Assembly: GCA_963924565.1 (NCBI GenBank)
Contig: OZ004609.1
Coordinates: forward strand, 30,070,001-30,134,000
Origin: Ascidiella aspersa
Taxonomy: Eukaryota
Length of the DNA: 64,000 bases
Direction of reading: 5' to 3'
A model generated the notes under the pieces. That model had not been told where the DNA came from. It searched no databases and was given only the letters and a program-made list of their open reading frames with translations. Below are positions 17,261 through 25,977 of this stretch, piece after piece; within the stretch, counting starts at the first letter, position 1, and every line of letters starts with the position of its first letter. Both the position numbers and the translations under genes were made by a program.

Positions 17261-18121
17261 GCGCGCGGCTAGTTATGAAGTGTTGCTTATCAAAACAGGA
17301 TTTTAGCAAGCATTTGTCATGACGTAGCCTTAATCATAACCCGGTAATCGAAGCACATTGTTAGTCGCTTAAAATTGCGCTTTTCCATCGCTGTTATGCT
17401 ACTATAATCATTTTAATTATTATGGTTAAAGGTTACGAAACTGTGGTGGTGCCGCGAAGGCAAGGCCTACACTTTTAAAACCAACCTATAAGTAAAACAG
17501 TCCATGGAATTAGTGGAACTATTTAGTATATCAGCATGTGCTTGATTTTTTTTAAGTGGGTTAACTTAAATGAGGCTGAGCATTTTCAGGCGTCAGCTAA
17601 ACTAGGGATGGCTCTATGTGCGACTCTTTAACCAGTTTCATGCGGCTATACATTCAGGTTGTATTCAGGTTTCAGTTTTTAAGGCTTGGTCTCTAACTGG
17701 TTTGCCAACCCCAATAAGTCTGAGCTGTGTAAGCTGTGGCATTTGGTGCTTAAAGTTGGCACCAAGTAAGAAAACTATTTTTTTACATTTTAACCTTATA
17801 TTAAATACGTAAAAAAAATAAATACAAAATGTGACGATCATTATGGTATAACCAAAGCGTACCAAGTGAACTTAGCGGTAAGGGAACACAGTTTTTTTCA
17901 AAAATAATGTACAAAAACTAACATAATCCAAACACAATAAATAAATAAATAAAATGTCGAAGAAAACATTTTTACAAAACGTATTTACACAAAACAAGCA
18001 TAATCAAAACAGCTTTATATAAAGCACAACGAAAACAGTCATAAAATAACTGTTGAAAACTGCGCTAATCGTAGCAGCCCTTAACAAGGCTGAAATCATT
18101 GTCACGAAAACCAGCGTTTTC

Positions 18122-19283
18122 CTAATTCTGAAAGTCTGCGAAATCGAGCATCAACATGTAGATCTCGACCATAAGGTCGCACGCATCCTTGAGGGAGGCG
18201 TCCTTTGCATCCACAACCAACCTCCCGTCGGCATGGACGACCGCCAACATCCTCTTTCGACCGAGGAAGATCAGTTGGCCTCGCATTTCCTCAATGTCCG
18301 GCTCGTAGATCATTTGAGCCGCGTCTGTGAGTGCAAGGCTTTGCAAACACACCGGAAAGCAAGCGTTGAAAAGCACGCGCCGTTTTTTGATTGTGAAGTC
18401 GCCAGGTTTGATGCTGCAGCCGTCAATTCCATTCTTCTTCAGCTGTTTTATGACGTAGGCGACGACTCTGGACTTTCTTCGAGCTGTTCCTGAGCGTGTT
18501 TTGGTCTTGACCCTCATTGCATTGTCGTTATACGTATCTATCCACAGCGATTGCGGACTTTGTCCTAAAATGCTCCAAGGAGAGGCATCGGAACTGGAAT
18601 CGCCACTCGACTGCGTGCTCGATTCCGATGACGAGGTTGTGACGTCATCGTCTGCGTAGTATCCGAGCTCGGGACTCCACCTCCCCTCCGAGCTGACGTC
18701 ACCGTGGAGGTCCGGCCATTCCTCGTGTTCCAGATCGGGCAAGATTCCCTCGTCTTCTTCTTCGTCCTCCGAAGAATGGCGCTCGGGACTTTCGGTTTTC
18801 GACAGCCTGAGTAAAAATTGCGCAATTTGAAAATGACGCGCATTGCGCCATGTATGAAATAAACAATGCAATTTGTAAAACATGAAGAGTGTTTCAAAAC
18901 GCGCTTATGTTAGACTTTGACAGAATTGCACCTCAGTTAGCTACACTGCACAAGTCTAATTCGGCCACTTTGTGCAATGACATGTACCTAATTATGTCAC
19001 TATATAAAACAAACAGACATGAAAGTTTTCGTATTGCACATTTAACTAAGGAGCAGTTTATGGATTTTGAAACCAAAAATAAACCTAATATTTGAAGTCT
19101 AATTATTTGTATCTAATATATGGTCACAAACAACCAATCTTAAAAACAAAACAAAAATAAGTATAAGGCTTTGCCTACAAATGTACTTTTAAAAAACATT
19201 TTGTATACAGACCTTTCCCAGTCTTTGTACAACGATTCTTGCGAATAAATGTGGAAAAAATCATCCTCATGCAATTCCGCCAT
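18122..19283 (-). CDS. Highly divergent TATA-binding-protein (TBP/TRF)-fold protein with acidic N-terminus, about 251 aa
   Basis: Exons 19283-19213 (MAELHEDDFFHIYSQESLYKDWER) and 18806-18122, phase-2 join. C-terminal half aligns to TBP repeat 2: DFTI~DFKI, FPVCLQSLALT~FPIRLEGLVLT, YEPD~YEPE, LIF~LIY, VHADGRLVV~IFVSGKVVL, EIYMLMLDF~NIYPILKGF. GILPDLEH resembles the core start GIVPQLQN. Exon 1 is less certain (donor gtctgt). Confidence 0.75.
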
Positions 19284-19525
19284 CGTAATTCAACTTTTTT
19301 TACTTAATAAATAACTATTGTCCAGCCCAGTAAAAACTAAATTCTGAAACACTGTGACAGTGGTTTCTAATCTGTAATAACTGGGCTAAAGTTGTTCAGT
19401 TTAGTGACTTGTAACTTACTCTAGCTACTAACGTTATTTTGGAAATGCTGTTTACGCAATTAACTATTTCCGGAAGTGTACTCGAGCCTAACTCCTGCTG
19501 AAATGACACGACTGACGGGCTCGCA

Positions 19526-19540
19526 GCTTTTATATAACGC
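19526..19540 (-). promoter_or_regulatory. TATA box of the TBP-like gene
   Basis: Minus strand gcgtTATATAAAAGc, followed by a plausible 5'-UTR intron 19419-19344 (gtaagt...tttcag). Confidence 0.6.
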
Positions 19541-20706
19541 GCAACTTTCGCAAAAAGTTACATGCTGCATTGTAAATTGGTAACTGAGAGGCTATTTTAG
19601 TTCAATTGCATAATTGTTTTGTCATTTTCCCGGGTACTTTCCCACGGGGTGTTTCTAATGGGCGCGTCCGGGCATTACCCTTTTTTGCTGTCTGCTGTGG
19701 CATGCCTAAACTTGCCCTTGATTCAGTTTTCAATACTTTTCGTTTTTTCACCAAAAACATATCATATGGGATCATTAGGTCAAGTTAACTACTGTATTGG
19801 GCACTTTGTAACGAAATAAAAACTCATCGTTGATTCTGTTGAAGCTTGAAAAACGTGGTTTATGAAATAAGTATAAAGCAAATCATATAAAGCGAATTGC
19901 GGTAATCACAATTGGGCTTTTGTTTAGTTTTGTTGGCCACACAACCGTTTCACTGTGAAAAAACTGCAAGCAATGTTCAAAATACGCGGCGTTCGCAGCC
20001 ACTTCTGCTTTATATACTCGCGTACAGAAAAAAGAAAAAAGCAACGCCATAGTTGCGCAATCAATTCTAGTTGCACTATAACGTACATACCGAACTGTGG
20101 AATTACATTGATTAAGGTAGAATGCTTCAGGACGAAAAGTCAGTGAGTGATAAAATGCAATATTTGCTTGCAAACTTAAGTAACGTTTTGTAAATTAATC
20201 CATTTGGCCCAATAGTTTTACTTCTTTGTGAATTTCGTCTGAACTGCAATAATGGTGTAGGCCTAATATATAAATCAGAGTGAAAGTAAACGATAAGTTT
20301 TCTTCAAATGCCCAAAGTTTTCGAAGTAGAAAAATGAACTATACAAACTTGAATTATTTTAAAAAACATAAGTCAACGGTTTGGTGGAAAATGTTGCAAT
20401 TTGGATTTCCTATTGTTTTTGTAATTATTTGACATACATCAGTCAGATTAACAAGAGTTGCTATAATTAAGCCTACCAGATTCTTTAATTGAATTTTATA
20501 AAAGAAATATAGCTTACACAACAGAAATATCTGTTTTAATGAAAGGTAAATTTAGTGCCTGATAAAAAATTGTGTTCATAGGGCATTTTTCTGTGGCTGA
20601 ACTATAACATACGTTTATAACTGTAACTATTCCTCGAAAACAATCGGTCTTTATTAAGACCATTTTAGTATGCAATGTCCAGCTGTAATCATTAAAAATG
20701 TTGTGC

Positions 20707-22482
20707 TCATTGAACAGAACTGCGCAGGACAATTCTTCCTTGGCTAAGTACAAATTCAGAGGAGTCAAATGAACTTTCGTTGTCATAAGTGTTGAAAGGC
20801 CCACTCTCGTTTGAGTTCGCGGTGGAAAGGTTTGAGTCGAGTTCCTGATTAAACCAATCCGGAAACTGCAAGGTGTGTTGGTCCAATGCCTTCGGATCCT
20901 TTCTAAAAAAAATTGGTGCCAAACAAAACAAAGCAAAGGTTTAAACCAAGTTTTTTTATGCTGTTTGCAAAAGCTTTGTAAAATTACAAGGAATATGCAA
21001 AGCAGTTAAGAGATATATAGACCTAGCATAACATAATTCAGCCTATTTGCTACTAATATAATAAAAATATCACATCTAACATAAACTTAAAAAATACCGA
21101 ACATTTCGAGAGTTTTTAATTACTACCAGTTTCGAATTTTTAGCCAATTTGAGTTTTAGTCAAGCAAATTAAAAAATATATTGTCGTAATAGACATTTAT
21201 ATTTCATTTTACCTGTCGTTTACTATGTTATCCGTTCCGTCATGAGATAGTAGACCGCTTACGACACTGCTCCAAGTTCTTTGAGAATCGTCACTAATAG
21301 TATAACAGGACGATTTTGAGTCGCTATTCACAAGGTTGGTATTTCTCCAAAGCCATTCATCGGATTTTTCCCTTAAATAATACAATCTTAAGGTATTAAT
21401 GAACTGTAGTCACCCCTCAGTAGTGTAGGTTTATATATATGTAAAATCGTTTGACACGTGGGATAAATCATCTTCAACCTTGACCGGTTATTCTAACATA
21501 AAAATCAGCTGTTGTTTTAGGAATAGTATAAATTGTAGGCGAACTGAAATTTAACTTAAATAAACCCATCCACGCCGTATCATCAAATTTCAGGTTGGTG
21601 TATTTAAAATTTTTGAACATTAAAGAGTTCTAATTAGCATACGAGAAATGCGACAAACAAGTAACACAATAAGTTTACCTGTTTTGACCAGCCAGAGATA
21701 CACCAGTAAAATTGTTATAAAATTCTGAGTCCAGAGAATCTGAATGTTTTCTTTTCCTAGAGTTCATTGACCTAACAAAAAAATTGGTTATCCTTTTAAC
21801 ATTACCAAAGACATGCATTTTTGTCGCATGCGACTTGCAAACAAGAACCTTTTCAGAAGGTAAAAATTTGCTCTACTTCAATTGGGGGTTCTTAAACTGG
21901 GATCCGTGGACCTTATGGAGGCGCTATACGTGACTAGTTTTAGGGGGTCCATATGAAGGTATAATTGAAATCTTGGTGCCTAATTAAAAAAATAGAATGA
22001 CTTTGAAAGTAAAAGGTTTATTTGAAAAAACGCTGATTAAATTTATTTAACCCGAAGGATATTTGGATTATGTCCGCCTTTTTTTTAGTTATGTCCGGGT
22101 AAAACAATGTTTAAAACATCCTGCCCTTAATCTAATTAATAGCCTACCGGTACTACAAAACCAACCGATTGCCTGTCCTGATGATGGGGTTATTTTCCGC
22201 AGCTGTTATTCTTTGTGAATCTACAACAGGGTAGTACCTGGCATCCGGGAAGCTTTGACAGGACATTTCTGAAATCGTGTCGTCGTCGGAACGCATTGCA
22301 ATGCTGCCGTAAGATTGACACGGCATGTCGGAAATAGTATCATCAGGAATGCTTTGCAAATTTATATTTAAAGACTTTGATTTGCCCTCTAATACACAAC
22401 TGACTTTCCAATGCTGTTCGGATCTGCTGCTGTGTTCTTGCTGGTTTATTGACACTTGAAAACTAAAATCGAATGAAGACAT
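20707..22482 (-). CDS. Orphan Ser/Asp-rich, probably disordered nuclear protein, 230 aa
   Basis: Exons 22482-22238, 21771-21679, 21371-21213, 20902-20707, all phase-2 joins, 693 nt open. AAAATG start, TATATAAAGC at 22620-22611, minus-strand AATAAA at 20650-20655, RKRKH NLS-like motif. Confidence 0.65.
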
Positions 22483-23094
22483 TTTTGTTTATAAGTTTGT
22501 GGAATTAAAATTCGGTCAAACCTGAGCTAAAGTATAATTCTGTTAACCATTTGCTTTAAAATTGCCTTTAGCTGTTTATGTGCGATAAGTTAAACAGCAA
22601 GCGTTCACTTGCTTTATATACGTAACAAAAATGATAAACATTACCTTATACGATATATGTAGGCCTATGATTACTATATTCGACTGCACATTTTATAGGG
22701 GGTGCGTTTAGTGTCACACTGCACGATACAACATAAATTAGCATACACAGACGTCAGTATTATAAACATATTAGGTATGACTACAAGTCGACATACGCCC
22801 GCAAATAGCTGAAAAACACAAAGTTGAATATCATAATTTTTATGCATACCCAACATTATTAGTTTACGAAGATTTTTTTAATAGTTTAGCAATGTGGGGA
22901 AATTTTATTACCGTTATTCTTTTTTGTATACATCAATTTATCCTTTTGTATCGATTAGAAGAATTCCAAAACCGAAATTTCGCCAGTCGTGTGAACGATT
23001 CAGATTTTACTATTTCGCTTGCCTATAATGTAAGGAAAAGGTTTATCATAAATAAGTATTCGATTGAAAGTGGTACCTTCTGTATAAACTTTTT

Positions 23095-23340
23095 GCGCTG
23101 GTCTAGAATCGTACTATGACGCACATTCTTTAGGTTAGGGTGCGGGTTAGCGTTTGGTTTAGGGTGGGTTAAGTATTATCATTAAATAATGAATATAATA
23201 GTACTTGACTTACCCATACCCTAACCCAATTATTGTGCGTTGATTTAATTAATAATTGTGGTAGGATTCTACAACAGCGCCCAGCGTTCAAATAATTATC
23301 AGCGCACAATATTTGGGTTAGAGTGTGGGTTAGCGTCTGA
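23095..23340. repeat. Palindromic repeat with degenerate telomere-like (TTAGGG/GGGTTA) units
   Basis: gcgctggtctagaatcgtac (23095) is inverted at gtaggattctacaacagcgc (ends 23280). Internal ttaggttagggtgcgggttag pairs with acccataccctaaccca. Confidence 0.5.
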
Positions 23341-23941
23341 TTAACCTACGCCAATAAAATATATATATATAATATATATTGAATTTTTTTGCTCTATCTT
23401 TTACTTTGGAACTGTTCATAGACAAATCATCCTTTTATGTGTGTGTGTTTTTAATATCGTTTTGCTGGCTCTATTTTAGAAGCATTTATCACCCCATTTG
23501 GCCAACATAAACTATTAACTTGTTTCCTAACTTATTACCTGATTTTAATCTTACTAATTTAAACCTCGGCAAACTTGGTACGCTGGAATGTTTAAAGTGC
23601 ACTATCTCAATATACTCCGAAATCTCAGCATGCCAAGTTTACAGGGGTATTATTACCCTGGGTGCCAGTCTACATTTCATTGCAATTCAGGATAAGATTT
23701 AGGGTGTGCAGTGCTACATTTTTGGGTGTGCAATAATTGACTAATCCAGGTGCGCACTCAAATTTCTTCAAAAAATATTAGGTGTGCACCTGCAACGGAA
23801 TGCAGACGGACCAGGATGGCAACTTTGTTATATCCTGATTTTTGGTCTGTATTCTACTGTAGATATCCTGATAATAAATAGATAACTACTTAATTACCCA
23901 TTTGATTTGATTTTCTTCAGGTCAAATTAATTGTTGCCGAT

Positions 23942-25591
23942 ATGGACATCAATTTAAAACTGCATTGTTGTATGCTGCTAATGGCAGTTGTAAGTCCATT
24001 GCATATTGTTGCAATCGAAACATTCCACGAATCCTCAACAATGTCGGTGATAAACAACAACCAGCTTTATTCCTACTTTAACTTCACCACAACCTTGGAA
24101 TTCCAGGAAAAATTTGTCGCAAACCACTACCAGCTCTTTCCTCGGTCCTTTGGAGAGCTGATGCAAAAATATCAAGTCGCTGAGTTGCACTTTACAATGA
24201 CCCAAGGGTTGTGGAGATACAATCAATGGGGCTATCCCCATTCACCCTCACCCACCGGGGCCCAACTGTGGGTCTGGTTCCAAAAGGACATCAAGGATGT
24301 TGACAAAAACTGGGTTGGTTTTACCAATGCACTGTCCGGTTTGTTTTGTGCCTCGTTAAACTTTATTAACAAAGCAGTTACCGTGTCACCAACTTTGTCG
24401 TTTCGTCCGTCTGGAGCTCTAAAGGGTGACGTTGATAATAAATTCCTGAGGTATGGTACTTTGTCTCGTGAAAACTTATGCACAGAGAACCTCACACCTT
24501 GGATGAAGCTGCTGCCTTGTGGGGCGAATGCCGGTCCTGCTTCCCTTCTAAACCCTAGTCAGTTGCATCACAGCCAGTATTTGGCGGTAGGCATTCATTT
24601 TAAAACTGTTTGTTTTGATGAGAAATGTGCCAGGACCTTTGTCCAACTGCAGCAAGACGTGTCTGCCGTCTTTGACCTTCGCACATCACTAGATAGCAAA
24701 CCAAATTTTAATTTCATGTCGGTGTTCTTGGTTAAAATCAAGCCGGCCTGTCCTCTGGCTAGTTCGAGCACTTTAAATATGAATATACCCAAAGAGGCAT
24801 CTGTGACACCAAAAATTAATGAACAGAAGTCCGGCTACATGACGTTGGACTTATTTGAATTACACAGCAGTGCAGACTTCAGTGTAAAGTGGAAGAAAAG
24901 GCCAATGCTTGCCATCCAAACTCCACCTGGAATTACCAGCCATTGTTATTTGACTGGCCTAGGTCTCAACGGTGGCTTAACTTGCTCATTGACAAACAAC
25001 ATGGACCACAATTTGACTGTTGTGTTCTTCCAGGTCTTTCCTTGGTTTCTATATACTAAGTTACACACACTGAAGATAGAAACCGCGACCGGGGCCAGGG
25101 TCCTACCGCATCGCACCCTCTTCACACCTGCTCGAATCCGAGAGTCACCCCACATATTGGAGGTGGTATTCCCGCTAGCGGCGAATTCTGTAACTGACCT
25201 TCAAATCCAGTTCACCAGGGGTTTTCTCAGATGGACAGAGCACCCTCCAGATGCAAATCACGGTTTCTACATAAGCCCTGCCACTGTTACGTTAAAGTCA
25301 GATGATTTAGATGTGCATGTACCCAATGGTAACAAGGTACAGCGCATTTACAGTGAGGCTCTGCTGATCAACATACCAGTTCCAGACTTTTCAATGCCCT
25401 ACAATGTTATTTGCCTGGTGTGCACTGTCATTGCAGTTGCATTTGGGTCTCTGCATAACTTTACCACCAGAAGGCTTCAAATGGTTTCTCCCAACAAGCC
25501 CAGTGCCTTGAAAGAAATGTTAAATAAACTGCTTGGTTTCTTTAAAAAGACAAAACCGTCAAAACCTGTTGATGAAAAGAAGACCGATTGA
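23942..25591 (+). CDS. PIGT: GPI transamidase component PIG-T (GPI16), single coding exon
   Basis: 549-aa ORF with signal peptide, HYQLFPRSFGE, NALSGLFCASLNFI, RENLCTENLTPWMKLLPC, EHPPDANHGF, PDFSMPYNVICL followed by a TM segment, and C-terminal KKTD (KKxx ER retrieval). Confidence 0.97.
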   Translation: MDINLKLHCCMLLMAVVSPLHIVAIETFHESSTMSVINNNQLYSYFNFTTTLEFQEKFVANHYQLFPRSFGELMQKYQVAELHFTMTQGLWRYNQWGYPHSPSPTGAQLWVWFQKDIKDVDKNWVGFTNALSGLFCASLNFINKAVTVSPTLSFRPSGALKGDVDNKFLRYGTLSRENLCTENLTPWMKLLPCGANAGPASLLNPSQLHHSQYLAVGIHFKTVCFDEKCARTFVQLQQDVSAVFDLRTSLDSKPNFNFMSVFLVKIKPACPLASSSTLNMNIPKEASVTPKINEQKSGYMTLDLFELHSSADFSVKWKKRPMLAIQTPPGITSHCYLTGLGLNGGLTCSLTNNMDHNLTVVFFQVFPWFLYTKLHTLKIETATGARVLPHRTLFTPARIRESPHILEVVFPLAANSVTDLQIQFTRGFLRWTEHPPDANHGFYISPATVTLKSDDLDVHVPNGNKVQRIYSEALLINIPVPDFSMPYNVICLVCTVIAVAFGSLHNFTTRRLQMVSPNKPSALKEMLNKLLGFFKKTKPSKPVDEKKTD

Positions 25592-25977
25592 CTTTTACCT
25601 CATCCGTGTCATATTCGGTTGACAAAATTTCTTACTATGCAATGGAATTTTAATTGGGTTCATAAAAGAATGGTGAACAAATTTTGACTACTAATATTTC
25701 TATTTGTTTGCATTTTTGTCCATTACTTGCACTGTGTAGTACATTCAACCGCATTAAGTCTCCTTTGGCTGGTTTAAAACCATTGCTAATTTTAGCTTGG
25801 ATTTCAGTTTGTTATTAAATTGTGTAACAATATTTTGTCTTTTTGCAAGTCTCTTGAGTCGATTTAAATGTTTTACAGCAGAATGACTTTTTGTTTTTTC
25901 AGTATCATAGCTTTTCAATTTTTTAGCAACAAATTATTTAATCCAAGTTGTTGTCCTGCTAAACCTCTCTTGCGGAG

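Noticed and set aside
18053-18493. 146-aa plus-strand ORF
   Set aside because: Antisense shadow of the TBP-like exon.
22179-22210. CTGATGA hammerhead-like start (similar ones at 16980 and 37385)
   Set aside because: No stem II followed by GAAA; incidental.
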